Source of the DNA: Microbacterium sp.
GTDB taxonomy: Bacteria; Actinomycetota; Actinomycetes; Actinomycetales; Microbacteriaceae
Direction of reading: 5' to 3'
Length of the DNA: 49,306 nucleotides
NCBI GenBank assembly: GCA_052092505.1
Contig: JBQDDT010000001.1
Location: 1-49,306, forward strand
Part shown: positions 11,520 to 21,834 of the stretch, one piece after another
Numbering within the stretch: position 1 is the stretch's first letter
Layout of the letters: the number at the start of each line of letters is the position of its first letter
Notes under the pieces: model-generated
Database searches by the model: none
What the model was told of the DNA's origin: nothing
What the model saw: only the letters and a program-made list of their open reading frames with translations
Program-made: the position numbers and the translations under genes

Positions 11520-12235
11520 ACCGCGACGGCCGTCTCGGGGTCGGGATCGTCGGATCGGGTCGCGTCGGGCCGGTGCTCGGTGCCGCCCTCGCGGGCGCTG
11601 GGCACTCCCTCACGGGGCGCACGCGCGCGTCCGACGACGACCGCCCGTCCGCCGTGCTCCCCGACGTGCCCGTCCTGGACGCGCCGGAGGTCCTGCGGCG
11701 GAGCGAGCTCGTCCTGCTGACGGTGCCGCGTGGCGACCTCGCGGCGACCGTGTCCGGCCTCGCGGAGGCGGGGCACTGGCAGATGGGGCAGCTCGTGCTG
11801 CACGCGGACGCGGCACACGGGATCGGCGTGCTCGCCCCGGCGGCGGCCTCCGGCGCGATCCCGCTCGCCGTGCACCCCGCGATGACCTTCACGGGCACGT
11901 CGGTCGACCTGCGCCAGCTCGCCGCGACCTATGCGGCGGTGACGGCGCCCGCACCGGTGCTGCCGATCGCGCAGGCGCTCGCGGTCGAGATCGGCTGCGA
12001 GCCGGTCGTCGTCGCGGAGGAGGACCGCGCGGCGTACGCGGAGGCGATCGCGACGGCCTCGGACTTCTCCCGCCAGATCGTCCAGCAGGCGACGGGGCTC
12101 CTCCGGGGGATCGGCGTCGACAACCCCGGCGGATTCCTCTCGGCGCTCGTGCGCTCCACGGTCGACCACGCGCTCGCGGAGGCGACCCCCGCGATCCCCG
12201 ATCTCCCCCCTCCTGGCCTCGACGCGCCCTCCTGA
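11516..12235 (+). CDS. Rossmann-like / DUF2520 oxidoreductase (PanG-like)
   Basis: ATG 11516 overlaps upstream stop; GIVGSGRVG, LAVHPAMTFTG, EEDRAAY. Confidence 0.82.
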   Translation: MNRDGRLGVGIVGSGRVGPVLGAALAGAGHSLTGRTRASDDDRPSAVLPDVPVLDAPEVLRRSELVLLTVPRGDLAATVSGLAEAGHWQMGQLVLHADAAHGIGVLAPAAASGAIPLAVHPAMTFTGTSVDLRQLAATYAAVTAPAPVLPIAQALAVEIGCEPVVVAEEDRAAYAEAIATASDFSRQIVQQATGLLRGIGVDNPGGFLSALVRSTVDHALAEATPAIPDLPPPGLDAPS

Positions 12236-12247
12236 TCCGCGCCCCGG

Positions 12248-12293
12248 CCCGCGAGATGCACCGAAACTCGCGAGTTTCGGTGCATCTCGCGGG
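12248..12293. repeat. 46-bp perfect palindrome, REP-like element copy 1
   Basis: CCCGCGAGATGCACCGAAACTCG|CGAGTTTCGGTGCATCTCGCGGG; near-identical copy at 22898-22939. Confidence 0.9.
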
Positions 12294-12410
12294 TGACGGC
12301 GGGCGGAGAGCCGCTCGGCGGGCGCACGGCGGCTGGCCCATAGACTGAGGGCTGGTCATCGTGGCGCTCACGCGCGCCGCACCCCCGACGCCCGCACGAG
12401 GAACACGCGC

Positions 12411-13946
12411 ATGCCTGACACGCCCGCCCCCCACGCCGAATCGCAGCCAGAGGAGGACGTCTTCGAGCAGAAGGCTGTGCGCCTGGGCAAGCGGGAGCGG
12501 CTCGTCGCCGAGCGCGACTCGGCCGCCGGAGGGGCGTACCCCGTGTCGCTGCCGATCACGACGACGATCCGCGCCCTGCGCGAGCAGTACGGCGACGGCG
12601 CCCCCGAGGCGCTCGAGGCAGGCGCCGAGTCTGGCATCACGGCGGGCGTCGCCGGGCGGATCGTGTTCAGCCGCAACACCGGGAAGCTCTGCTTCGCGTC
12701 GCTGCAGGCGGGAGACGGATCGCGGATCCAGGCGATGGTGTCGCTCGCGAAGGTGGGGGAGGACCAGCTCGCCCGCTGGAAGGAGCTCACCGACCTCGGC
12801 GACCACGTGTTCGTCTCGGGAGAGGTGATCGCCAGCCGCCGCGGCGAGCTGTCGATCATGGTCGACGAGTGGCGCATGGCGGCCAAGGCCGTGATGCCGC
12901 TGCCGAACCTGTACACGGAGCTGAACGAGGAGTCCCGCGTCCGCCAGCGCTACCTCGACCTGATCGTCCGCGATCAGGCGCGCACGACGGTCGTGGCCCG
13001 CGCGAAGACGAACCAGAGCCTGCGCGACACGTTCACCGCGCATGGGTTCACCGAGGTCGAGACGCCGATGCTCCAGGTGCAGCCCGGCGGCGCGAGCGCC
13101 CGGCCGTTCATCACGCATTCGAACGCGTTCGACACCGAGCTGTTCCTGCGGATCGCCCCCGAGCTGTACCTCAAGCGCGCCGTCGTCGGCGGCATCGACC
13201 GGGTGTTCGAGATCAACCGCAACTTCCGCAACGAGGGCGCCGACTCGACGCACAGTCCCGAGTTCGCGATGCTCGAGGCGTACCAGGCGTACAGCGACTA
13301 CAACGGCATCGCCGACCTCACGCAGGAGCTGATCCAGAACGCCGCCGTCGCGGTGGCAGGGTCGACGACCGTGACGTGGGCCGACGGGACGGAGTACGAC
13401 CTCGGCGGCGACTGGGACCGGCTCTCGATGTACCCGTCGCTGTCGGCGGCCGCCGGGGTCGAGATCACCCCGGAGACGTCGCTCGACGAGCTCGTCGCAC
13501 TGGCGGAGAAGGTCGGCGTCGACCTGCCCCCGCACGCGACGCACGGCAAGCTCGTCGAGGAGCTGTGGGAGCACTTCGTCAAGACGGGGCTCGAGCGCCC
13601 CACCTTCGTCATGGACTTCCCCGTCGACACGAGCCCCCTCGTGCGGGAGCACCGCTCCGTCGCCGGGGTCGTGGAGAAGTGGGACCTGTACGTGCGCGGC
13701 TTCGAGCTGGCGACGGGGTACTCCGAGCTGGTCGACCCCGTCATCCAGCGCGAGCGCTTCGTGGAGCAGGCGAAGCTCGCCGACCGCGGTGACGACGAGG
13801 CGATGCGCATCGACGAGGACTTCCTGCGCGCGCTCGAGCACGGCATGCCGCCGACCGGCGGCATGGGCATGGGGATCGACCGTCTCCTGATGGCGATCAC
13901 CGGCCTCGGGATCCGCGAGACCATCCTCTTCCCCCTCGTGAAGTAG
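12411..13946 (+). CDS. lysS: Lysyl-tRNA synthetase, class II
   Basis: RQRYLDL, FTEVETPML, GGASARPF, LRIAPELYLKR, FRNEG, HSPEF, YSELVDP, GMGIDRL. Confidence 0.98.
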   Translation: MPDTPAPHAESQPEEDVFEQKAVRLGKRERLVAERDSAAGGAYPVSLPITTTIRALREQYGDGAPEALEAGAESGITAGVAGRIVFSRNTGKLCFASLQAGDGSRIQAMVSLAKVGEDQLARWKELTDLGDHVFVSGEVIASRRGELSIMVDEWRMAAKAVMPLPNLYTELNEESRVRQRYLDLIVRDQARTTVVARAKTNQSLRDTFTAHGFTEVETPMLQVQPGGASARPFITHSNAFDTELFLRIAPELYLKRAVVGGIDRVFEINRNFRNEGADSTHSPEFAMLEAYQAYSDYNGIADLTQELIQNAAVAVAGSTTVTWADGTEYDLGGDWDRLSMYPSLSAAAGVEITPETSLDELVALAEKVGVDLPPHATHGKLVEELWEHFVKTGLERPTFVMDFPVDTSPLVREHRSVAGVVEKWDLYVRGFELATGYSELVDPVIQRERFVEQAKLADRGDDEAMRIDEDFLRALEHGMPPTGGMGMGIDRLLMAITGLGIRETILFPLVK

Positions 13947-13950
13947 CGCG

Positions 13951-15111
13951 TCACCCCGCGGCATCATCGTCCTCCGGCGGATCGAGGACCCACCCGGGGA
14001 GCCGGCCGCCGTCGGTGAGCGAGACGAGGATGCCCGCGAGGCCGTGCCCCGGCTCGATCTCGCGCGCCCGGTCCGCGTACGCGCCGGCGTGGGTGCCGTT
14101 GCCGAGCGCCCAGGCCAGCCACCCCGCAGCCGCGAGGGATCCGGCCCGCGCCCTGGGCGGCGCGCTCGCGGCGACGTGCCTGGCGAGATCGAGCCCGCGC
14201 ACGAGCCGCTCGGTGTCCGGGCGACGGCCTTCTCCTGCCATCCGCAGCGGCCCCTCCGGCGGCGAGGGCGGCGGCCCCGGCGACGGATCCGGTCGCCACG
14301 CGAGCTGCCACGCGAGGATCGTGCGGCCGCCGTCCAGGTCCGTGGACCACTGGGTCAGGAGCGCGTCGCGCAGGAGCGGCGTCGCGAACGACAGCGCCAG
14401 CAGGGCCGTGTCCGCCGCATCGAGCGCCCCCGCCTCGTCGGTCAGGACGCGCTCCCATGCCTCGGGGAGCCGCACGACGTCGAGCGCGGCGGGGCCGCCT
14501 GCCCCGTCTCCTGGCCCGTCGGGCGTCGGTTCCGGCCCACCCGGCGCCGCGCCGCGCAGGCCGGCGAGCTGCCGCTCGCACGAGCTCAGGCGCGTCGCGA
14601 CCCGGCGCCGGTACGCCTTCGCGACGCGGGGGAGCGCGGTGCCCGCGTGCTGGTCGGCGGAGACCTCCGCCGACGCCGCGATCCGCTCGAGCGGATGAGG
14701 GGCCGTGCGATCGCCGTACGCTCCCCATCCGTCGGCGCACACGAGGTGCGCCCCGGTGACCTCCACCCCGCAGGCGTGGGCGCGGTCGACGATCCGCTCG
14801 ATCAGGTCCTCGCGGGGGAGAGGCCCGTCCGGCGGCCATGGGGCGTCGGTGTCGTAGGCGATGACGGCGACGCGGTCGACCCGGTCCATGCGGCACAGCG
14901 ACCCGACGAGCGTCGCGGCGAGCTGCGAGAGATCGGCGGCCGGTCCCGGCAGATCGACGCGGAGCACGCCGTGCGCCCTGCGGCCCCTCATCGGGACGAG
15001 GACGAGGCTGTCGCGCGGGACGAAGCCCGCGAGGCGGGGCACCGCTCGGAGGAATGCCGTGGCGTCCCTGGCGCGGATGATGGTGGGCTCTGTCGCTGCT
15101 GCGGTCGTCAT
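13951..15111 (-). CDS. DUF4192-like protein
   Basis: VPRLAGFVPRDSLV, VLRVDLP, LRDALL, AAGWLAWALGNGTHA typical of this actinobacterial family. Confidence 0.72.
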   Translation of the reverse strand: MTTAAATEPTIIRARDATAFLRAVPRLAGFVPRDSLVLVPMRGRRAHGVLRVDLPGPAADLSQLAATLVGSLCRMDRVDRVAVIAYDTDAPWPPDGPLPREDLIERIVDRAHACGVEVTGAHLVCADGWGAYGDRTAPHPLERIAASAEVSADQHAGTALPRVAKAYRRRVATRLSSCERQLAGLRGAAPGGPEPTPDGPGDGAGGPAALDVVRLPEAWERVLTDEAGALDAADTALLALSFATPLLRDALLTQWSTDLDGGRTILAWQLAWRPDPSPGPPPSPPEGPLRMAGEGRRPDTERLVRGLDLARHVAASAPPRARAGSLAAAGWLAWALGNGTHAGAYADRAREIEPGHGLAGILVSLTDGGRLPGWVLDPPEDDDAAG

Positions 15112-15223
15112 GCCTCGATCGAACCGCGCGAGGCGTGCGAAGACGCGCTCTCCACAGGCCGGGGGTGCCGGATGCGCCCGATCGCCGGGCTGTGAGGGAG
15201 AGCGGCCCTCCCCTCGGACGTGA

Positions 15224-15736
15224 TCAGACGGAGGCGGACAGCTCCGCCGCGACGGCGGCGACGATCTCCTCGACCGGGCGTGTGCCGTCGGTGCTCAGGC
15301 CGTCCTCGTCCTCCTCGAGCTGCTCCAGCGCCGCGAGCTGGGAGTCGAGCAGGCTCGCGGGCATGAAGTGCCCCTCGCGCGCGGTCATCCGGCGGCGGAG
15401 CGCGTCGGGGTCCACGACGATCTCGACGAAGCGGACGCGATCGCGCGCCGCCGCGAGCCGCTCGCGGTAGGAGCGTCGCAGCGCGGAGCAGGCGACGACC
15501 GTCGAGAGCCCCTCGCCCGCGCGCTCGTCCATCCACGCGCGGATCGAGTCGAGCCACGGCTCCCTGTCGGCGTCGGTGAGGGGCGTCCCCGCGCTCATCT
15601 TGGCGATGTTGTCCTCGGGGTGGAAGCCGTCCCCCTCCGCGAAGGGGCGGTCGAGCTCCTCGGCGAGCAGGATGCCCACGGTCGATTTGCCGGTTCCGGC
15701 GACGCCCATGACGACGATGTGATCGACCGTGCTCAT
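15224..15736 (-). CDS. Gluconokinase (GntK/IdnK family)
   Basis: VVMGVAGTGKST, EGDGFHP, GTPLTDADREPWL, ACSALRRSYR, HFMPASLLDSQ; ATG 15736 preceded by purine-rich SD. Confidence 0.92.
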   Translation of the reverse strand: MSTVDHIVVMGVAGTGKSTVGILLAEELDRPFAEGDGFHPEDNIAKMSAGTPLTDADREPWLDSIRAWMDERAGEGLSTVVACSALRRSYRERLAAARDRVRFVEIVVDPDALRRRMTAREGHFMPASLLDSQLAALEQLEEDEDGLSTDGTRPVEEIVAAVAAELSASV

Positions 15737-15892
15737 CTCTCTCCCTCTTCCGATCGGACGCCCGCGCGGGCGATCGCGCCTCCGAGCATCCCACATCCGC
15801 GATCGGCGGCGCCTCCCGCCGCCGGAGCGTCGGCGACCCCCTGCTGGCCGGCTCCCAGGCCGCGACGAGGCCGCGCGGCTAGACTCGGCCCC

Positions 15893-16072
15893 GTGGACGA
15901 GTTCTGGGTCGCAGCGGTGTGGTCACTGGCGCCGACGGTGATCATCGCCCTCGTGTTCTGGTGGATCCTGCGCTCGATCATCCGCATGGACCGCACGGAG
16001 CGACGCGTCTACAACCGCATCGAGGCCGAGGAGCGGGCCAAGCGCGGCCTTCCGGCCGAGCCCGACGCGTAG
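15893..16072 (+). CDS. Small single-TM membrane protein (59 aa)
   Basis: VDEFWVAAVWSLAPTVIIALVFWWILRSIIRMDRTERR...; TAGACT -10 hexamer 7 nt before GTG. Confidence 0.7.
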   Translation: MDEFWVAAVWSLAPTVIIALVFWWILRSIIRMDRTERRVYNRIEAEERAKRGLPAEPDA

Positions 16073-16132
16073 GCGCGGGGCGACAGGAGCGCATCGGCGC
16101 GCGGCACGCGGCGGGATCGTGCGCGAGCTGTC

Positions 16133-17200
16133 TCAGGCCGCGGCGGTCTCCGCGTGGCGGGCGACGAGCTTCGCCTTCGCCCGCTTGCCGTGCCCGAAGT
16201 AGCGCCCCAGCACGAGGAAGACGGCCCCGGCGGCGACCCAGAGCGACAGGGCCAGCCATGCCCAGCCGGTGTCGGCCTCGGGGAAGTAGCTCAGAGACTT
16301 GATCAGCCAGTTGGAGGCGCCGGGCACCATCGCCTGTCCGATGGCGCCCCACGGCTCCGGGGTGAACTGCCACGGGGCGGATGCGCCGGAGAGCGGATTG
16401 CCGACGAACATCGTGATGAGCGCGCCGAGGCCGAATCCGGGCGGACCGATCAGCGAGTGCAGGCCGACGATCAGCGTGGTCGTCGCGCCGATCGACAGGC
16501 CCAGCGCGAGCGCGTCGATCCAGAACTCTGCCTGCAGGAACCCGAACCACGGCCCGAGGACCGCCGCGAGCACCACACCGGACGCGGCCGTGTAGGCGAC
16601 GAGGGCGACGGCCTTGCGCCCCGTGCCGCGCACGCCGAAGGCGATGAGCGACCCGCCGATCATGCCGCCCATGACCAGGGGGAGCGCCGCGGCGGCGAGG
16701 CCGCCGCCGGTCGGGTCGTCCTCGCTGAGCGCGGCGAGCTCGGTCACCGTCGCCTCGACGTCGGTCGCGTCGCCGCCCGCCGCCGAGGCGCGCTCCTTGA
16801 GCTGCGCGGTGAGCGTGCTCGCGATCGTGTTCATGATGTTCGCCGCCGCCGCATTGCCTGCGGTCGCCTTGACGACTTCCGGCGCCGTGGTCGGATCGTC
16901 GCCGAGGACGAGTGCCCCGTAGGTCTCGCGGATCTCGACCTGCTCGACGGCCTCGTCGCGGTCGCCGGCCTCGACCCACTCGATCAGGCCGTCCTGCGAC
17001 GAGTCGAACGCCTTCTGGATCTCGGAGACGGAGGCGTCGGGCCCCGAGATGCTCACCGGCAGCCCCTTCGCCTCCATCGCCTTCGTCGGCCAGAGGAAGG
17101 CGAGCACGATGAGAGCGACGACGAGCGAGCCGGCCGCGCCGATGGCGATCGCAAGCGGCCAGCGAGTGGAGATGTGGTTGCGTCCTGGGCGAGCGAACAC
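16133..17200 (-). CDS. ABC-2/YhgE-like multi-TM membrane protein
   Basis: N-terminal TM, extracytoplasmic domain (YGALV, DDPTG), five C-terminal TMs with GNPLSGA..P...PEPW and PGAS; GTG 17200 with SD GAAGGGAAG. Confidence 0.75.
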   Translation of the reverse strand: MFARPGRNHISTRWPLAIAIGAAGSLVVALIVLAFLWPTKAMEAKGLPVSISGPDASVSEIQKAFDSSQDGLIEWVEAGDRDEAVEQVEIRETYGALVLGDDPTTAPEVVKATAGNAAAANIMNTIASTLTAQLKERASAAGGDATDVEATVTELAALSEDDPTGGGLAAAALPLVMGGMIGGSLIAFGVRGTGRKAVALVAYTAASGVVLAAVLGPWFGFLQAEFWIDALALGLSIGATTTLIVGLHSLIGPPGFGLGALITMFVGNPLSGASAPWQFTPEPWGAIGQAMVPGASNWLIKSLSYFPEADTGWAWLALSLWVAAGAVFLVLGRYFGHGKRAKAKLVARHAETAAA

Positions 17201-17212
17201 GAGGCTTCCCTT

Positions 17213-17270
17213 CAAAAAGAATGATTGCTCTCGGTACGCTACACCCTAAGGAGAGCAGATATTCTGTTTG
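17213..17270. promoter_or_regulatory. Two inverted TetR operator-like sites overlapping divergent promoters
   Basis: CAAAAAGAATGATTGCTCTC (17213-17232) versus reverse complement of GAGAGCAGATATTCTGTTTG (17251-17270): 16/20 identical; -10 hexamers TAGCGT (minus, 17241-17236) and TATTCT (plus, 17260-17265). Confidence 0.65.
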
Positions 17271-17271
17271 C

Positions 17272-17832
17272 ATGCCGAGGATCACCGAAGCCTCCCGTCG
17301 TCGTCGCCGCGAGCAGATCGCCGCCGCCGCCCTGCGGCTGTTCGAGCGCGACGGGTTCGACCGCACCACCATCGCCGACATCGTCGAGGAGTCGAACCTC
17401 TCGGCCGGCGCGATCTACACCCACTTCGACGACAAGGCCGATCTGGTGCGCTTCGTCGCCGAGACGAAGTTCGCGGAGGCCTATCCGGAGCTGGGCCGCG
17501 CAGATCCCATCGTGCGCACGCCCGCCGAGGTGCTCGAGCTCGCGTTCGGGCGCGTGCGCGATCCCTCGATGGCCCCGATCGCCCTCCAGATCTTCGCCGC
17601 CGCCGCCCGCAGCGAGGAGCTCTCCGATCTGGCGCACGAACGGACCGACGCGATCCGCGAGATCCTCACCCGGCTGGTCGCGCCGTGGGCGGAGCGGCAG
17701 GGCGACGTGGCGCTCGAGGACGTCGCCGGGCTGCTCATGACGCTCCTGCAGGGACGGGTCGTCTCGCTCTCGCTCCATCCCGACTTCGATGAGCGGGTGA
17801 TCGTCCGAGCCGTCCGCGCCGCCTTCGGGTGA
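17272..17832 (+). CDS. TetR/AcrR family regulator
   Basis: HTH LFERDGFDRTTIADIVEESNLSAGAIYTHFDDK; ATG 17272 lies 6 nt after TATTCT. Confidence 0.93.
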   Translation: MPRITEASRRRRREQIAAAALRLFERDGFDRTTIADIVEESNLSAGAIYTHFDDKADLVRFVAETKFAEAYPELGRADPIVRTPAEVLELAFGRVRDPSMAPIALQIFAAAARSEELSDLAHERTDAIREILTRLVAPWAERQGDVALEDVAGLLMTLLQGRVVSLSLHPDFDERVIVRAVRAAFG

Positions 17833-17948
17833 GAGGCGCGTCCGCGGCCGGCCCTCCGGCGGCGTCGGTGTCCGTGCCCGCCGATAGGCTGATCGGAAGC
17901 ATCGCGGCAGTGCGGTGTCTGCACGGACCGCGACGGACAGGGGGGTGC

Positions 17949-19427
17949 GTGGAGTTCATACTGGCGATCTACGGGATCTTCCAGGAGTCCTGGGTGACCG
18001 CAGCCTGGTGGGTCGTCGACACGGCGATCCGGATCGCCGCGATCATCATCGTCCCGCGCAACCGCAAGCCCACCTCCGCCATGGCGTGGCTGCTCGCGAT
18101 CTTCTTCATCCCGCTCGTCGGCGTGCTGCTGTTCATCGTGATCGGCAACCCGCGCCTGCCCCGGCAGAAGCGGCGGATGCAGGCCGAGATCAACCGGTAC
18201 CTGCGCGAGGCGAACGACATCCTCGAGCGGGGCGCCCTGCGCCCGAATGAGCCGAGCTGGTTCGCGTCCCTCGTCCGGATGAACCGCGAGCTCGGCGCCC
18301 TGCCGATCTCGGGGGACAACGGCGTGCACCTGATCTCCGACTACCAGGAGAGCCTCGACGAGATGGCCAGCGCGATCCGGTCGGCGACGACCTACGTGCA
18401 CATCGAGTTCTACATCTTCAAGGCGGACGAGGCGACCGAGGGGGTCTTCCGCGCGATGGAGGAGGCCCGCGCCCGCGGCGTCGTCGTGCGCGCGCTGCTC
18501 GACCACTGGGCGAACCTCGTCAAGCCGTTCCACCGGCACACCCTCCGCCGGCTCACCGACATGGGCGTGGACTGGCACTTCGCCATGCCGCTGCAGCCGC
18601 GCAAGGGCAAGCTCCAGCGCCCCGATCTGCGCAATCACCGCAAGCTCCTCGTCGTCGACGGCACGGTCGCGTACCTCGGATCCCAGAACCTCACCGACCG
18701 CAGCTACAACCTGAAGAAGAACGTCCGGCGCGGGCTGCAGTGGGTCGACACGATGGTGCGCCTCGACGGCCCTGTCGTCTCCAGCGTCGACGCCGTGTTC
18801 CTGTCCGACTGGTACGGCGAGACCGAGGACATCCCGGAGGGCATCGACCTGCGCGAGATGGACTCCGGCTCCGGCGACCTCGACTGCCAGGTCGTGCCCT
18901 CCGGCCCCGGGTTCGAGGTCGAGAACAACCTGCGGATGTTCCTCGCGCTGATCTTCGCCGCCGAGCGCAAGTGCATCATCGTCAGCCCCTACTTCGTGCC
19001 GAACGAGGCCATGCTCCACGCCGTCGCGATCGCCTGCGAGCGCGGCGTCGAGGTCGAGCTGTTCGTCTCGGAGATCGGCGACCAGGCCATCGTCTACCAC
19101 GCGCAGCGCAGCTACTACGAGGCGCTCCTGGAGGCCGGGGTGCGGATCTGGCTGTACCGCGCGCCGTACATCCTCCACACGAAGAGCCTGTCGATCGACG
19201 ACGAGGTGGCGGTCATCGGGTCGAGCAACATGGACGAGCGCTCCTTCGGCCTCAACTTCGAGGTCTCGCTGCTCGTGCGCGGCGAGGAGTTCGTCGACGA
19301 GCTGCGTGCGGTGGAGGACGACTACCGTGAGCACAGCCGGGAGCTCACCCTGGAGGAGTGGCGAGGGCAGCCCCTGCGCTCGACCGTCCTCGACAACCTC
19401 GCGCGGCTCACCTCCGCGCTGCAGTAG
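17949..19427 (+). CDS. cls: Cardiolipin synthase
   Basis: N-terminal TMs with SAMAWLL, two HKD motifs NHRKLLVVDG and LHTKSLSIDD, SPYFVP; GTG 17949 with G-rich SD. Confidence 0.93.
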   Translation: MEFILAIYGIFQESWVTAAWWVVDTAIRIAAIIIVPRNRKPTSAMAWLLAIFFIPLVGVLLFIVIGNPRLPRQKRRMQAEINRYLREANDILERGALRPNEPSWFASLVRMNRELGALPISGDNGVHLISDYQESLDEMASAIRSATTYVHIEFYIFKADEATEGVFRAMEEARARGVVVRALLDHWANLVKPFHRHTLRRLTDMGVDWHFAMPLQPRKGKLQRPDLRNHRKLLVVDGTVAYLGSQNLTDRSYNLKKNVRRGLQWVDTMVRLDGPVVSSVDAVFLSDWYGETEDIPEGIDLREMDSGSGDLDCQVVPSGPGFEVENNLRMFLALIFAAERKCIIVSPYFVPNEAMLHAVAIACERGVEVELFVSEIGDQAIVYHAQRSYYEALLEAGVRIWLYRAPYILHTKSLSIDDEVAVIGSSNMDERSFGLNFEVSLLVRGEEFVDELRAVEDDYREHSRELTLEEWRGQPLRSTVLDNLARLTSALQ

Positions 19428-20463
19428 CGGCGCGCGTGACCTCGTGTCCATGCGGCACGGCCACGATGAGGCCGCCCGCGTGCACCGTGCAGAACATCCG
19501 CGTCGCCTCGCCCAGCTCGTCGCCGTCGAACTGGACGTGTTGGGCGTCGGGCACGGCGACCTCGATGCCCTCGTGTGCGAGGTACTGCACCGACGTGTTC
19601 CGGTGGCGCTGGACGAGCCGCCTGCCGGTGCGGAACCGGCCGAGGACGGAGTTGTCCCACCAGACCTTGCGCCACACCCCGAGCCAGCCGAGGGGGCCGG
19701 ACGGCTGGATCAGCGCCACGTCGAGCAGCCCGTCGGAGATCGACGCGTCGGGCAGGAGCGAGATCCCGGCGGGCAGCGCGCCGCAGTTGGCGACGAGGAT
19801 CGACTGCACCTTGGCCGCGTGGAGTCTCGACTGCGTCTTCGGCGGGGGAGGACTCTCGCCGTCGGGGGTGGCGCCGTCGATCAGCTGGTACACGATCCGG
19901 AACGCCTTCGCCTTCGGCAGCGATCTGGCCGCGCCGTCGACGTACGCGACCCAGCCGAGTTGGCGCTTCAGTGACGGGCTCGTGTTCGCGATCATCGCCG
20001 CGTCCAGCCCCATGCCGGCCATCACGACGAACGCGTGCTGCTCCGTCGACCCGTCGGCCCGGCGCAGGCGGGCGATTCCGACGTCGACGGACGCCTCGTC
20101 GCCGTCGAACGCCGCGCGCACCATGGTCTCCGGGTCGACGAGGGGCAGGCGCAGGTTGCGCGCGAGGAGGTTGCCCGTGCCGCTCGGCACGATCGCGAGG
20201 GGGATGCCCGTGCCGTCCATCGCCTCCGACACCGCGCGGACGGTGCCGTCGCCCCCCGCGACGAGCATGACGGAGGCGCCGTCCGCGAGCGTCTCGCGGG
20301 TGACGCCCTGGCCCGGATCGTCGATCGTCGTCTCGACGAGGAGAGGGTCGCGCCAGCCGGCCTCCGCCGAGAGCCGGGTGACCAGGGCGGTCAGGCGGCG
20401 GCCGTCGGCCTTCGCCGGGTTGAACACCAGCGCGGCTCGCCTCGTCTCCGGGTGCTGCGCCAT
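19408..20463 (-). CDS. Diacylglycerol/lipid kinase family protein (YegS/DgkB-like)
   Basis: FNPAK, VAGGDGTV, PSGTGNLLARNL, AGMGLDA, DGLLDV, QFDGD; TAGAGT 6 nt before ATG 20463. Confidence 0.9.
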   Translation of the reverse strand: MAQHPETRRAALVFNPAKADGRRLTALVTRLSAEAGWRDPLLVETTIDDPGQGVTRETLADGASVMLVAGGDGTVRAVSEAMDGTGIPLAIVPSGTGNLLARNLRLPLVDPETMVRAAFDGDEASVDVGIARLRRADGSTEQHAFVVMAGMGLDAAMIANTSPSLKRQLGWVAYVDGAARSLPKAKAFRIVYQLIDGATPDGESPPPPKTQSRLHAAKVQSILVANCGALPAGISLLPDASISDGLLDVALIQPSGPLGWLGVWRKVWWDNSVLGRFRTGRRLVQRHRNTSVQYLAHEGIEVAVPDAQHVQFDGDELGEATRMFCTVHAGGLIVAVPHGHEVTRAATAARR

Positions 20464-20550
20464 GGCCATACTCTAGGCGCGGCGGTCGGCGCCCGGTCAC
20501 CCTCGACGACCGCGGATCGCGGATGCTCGGCCAGACCATAGACTCGTCGT

Positions 20551-21834
20551 GTGATCGATCCGGCTCTTCTTCGCGACAACCCCGACCTCGTGACGCGCTC
20601 GCAGGAGTCTCGGGGGCACTCCGCCGAGACCGTGTCGGCCGCGGTCGCCGCCGAGCAGGCGCGCCGCGCCGCCCTGACCGCGTTCGAGGAGCTCCGCGCC
20701 GAGCAGAACGCGTTCGGCAAGACGGTCGCCCAGGCGCCGAAGGAGGACAAGCCCGCGCTCGTCGCCCAGGCCAAGGACCTCGCGGCCAGGGTGAAGGCCG
20801 CCCAGCAGGAGGCGGGCCGCGCCGAGGACGCGTACGCGCAGGCGATGGGTGCGATCGAGAACGTCGTGCTCGATGGCGTTCCCGCCGGGGGCGAGGAGAA
20901 CTTCGTCACGCTCCGCGAGGTGGGGCAGCCCCGGCGCTTCGACCCCGCCGAGTTCCCCGACGGCCCGCTCGACCACCTGGCGCTCGGCGAGCGGCTCGGC
21001 GCGATCGACATGGAGCGCGGGGCGAAGGTCTCCGGCGCCCGGTTCTACTTCCTGAAGGGCATCGGGGCGCGTCTCGAGATCGCGCTCATGAACTACGCGC
21101 TGAGCACGGCGCTCGAGAACGACTTCGTCCCGATGATCACCCCGACGCTCGTGCGACCGGAGGTCATGGCCGGCACCGGGTTCCTCGGCGACCACTCCGA
21201 CGAGATCTACCACCTCGAGGAGGACGACCTCTACCTCGTGGGCACGAGCGAGGTCGCGCTCGCCGGGTACCACTCGGACGAGATCATCGACCTCTCCGAC
21301 GGTCCGCGCCGGTACGCGGGCTGGTCGACGTGCTACCGGCGCGAGGCGGGATCGCACGGGAAGGACACCAGGGGGATCATCCGCGTCCACCAGTTCAACA
21401 AGCTCGAGATGTTCGCGTACACGAGGCCGGAGGAGGCCGAGGCCGAGCACGCGCGGCTCCTCGCGCTCGAGGAGCGGATGCTCACCTCGCTCGGCCTGGC
21501 GTACCGGGTGATCGACGTGGCGGCGGGTGATCTCGGATCGTCGGCGGCGCGCAAGTACGACACGGAGGCGTGGGTGCCGACGCAGGGGGCGTATCGCGAG
21601 CTCACCTCCACCTCGAACTGCACGACGTACCAGGCGCGGCGCCTCGACGTCCGCTACCGGCCGGAGGAGGGCGGGCGCACGCAGCACGTGGCGACGCTCA
21701 ACGGGACTCTCGCGACGACGCGGTGGATCGTGGCGATCCTCGAGAACGGGCAGCGCCCGGACGGCTCGGTCGTCGTGCCGGAGCCGCTGCGTCCCTACCT
21801 CGGCGGCCTCGAGCTCATGGAACCGATCGCATGA
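20551..21834 (+). CDS. serS: Seryl-tRNA synthetase
   Basis: [55 protein letters not shown]. Confidence 0.98.
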   Translation: MIDPALLRDNPDLVTRSQESRGHSAETVSAAVAAEQARRAALTAFEELRAEQNAFGKTVAQAPKEDKPALVAQAKDLAARVKAAQQEAGRAEDAYAQAMGAIENVVLDGVPAGGEENFVTLREVGQPRRFDPAEFPDGPLDHLALGERLGAIDMERGAKVSGARFYFLKGIGARLEIALMNYALSTALENDFVPMITPTLVRPEVMAGTGFLGDHSDEIYHLEEDDLYLVGTSEVALAGYHSDEIIDLSDGPRRYAGWSTCYRREAGSHGKDTRGIIRVHQFNKLEMFAYTRPEEAEAEHARLLALEERMLTSLGLAYRVIDVAAGDLGSSAARKYDTEAWVPTQGAYRELTSTSNCTTYQARRLDVRYRPEEGGRTQHVATLNGTLATTRWIVAILENGQRPDGSVVVPEPLRPYLGGLELMEPIA

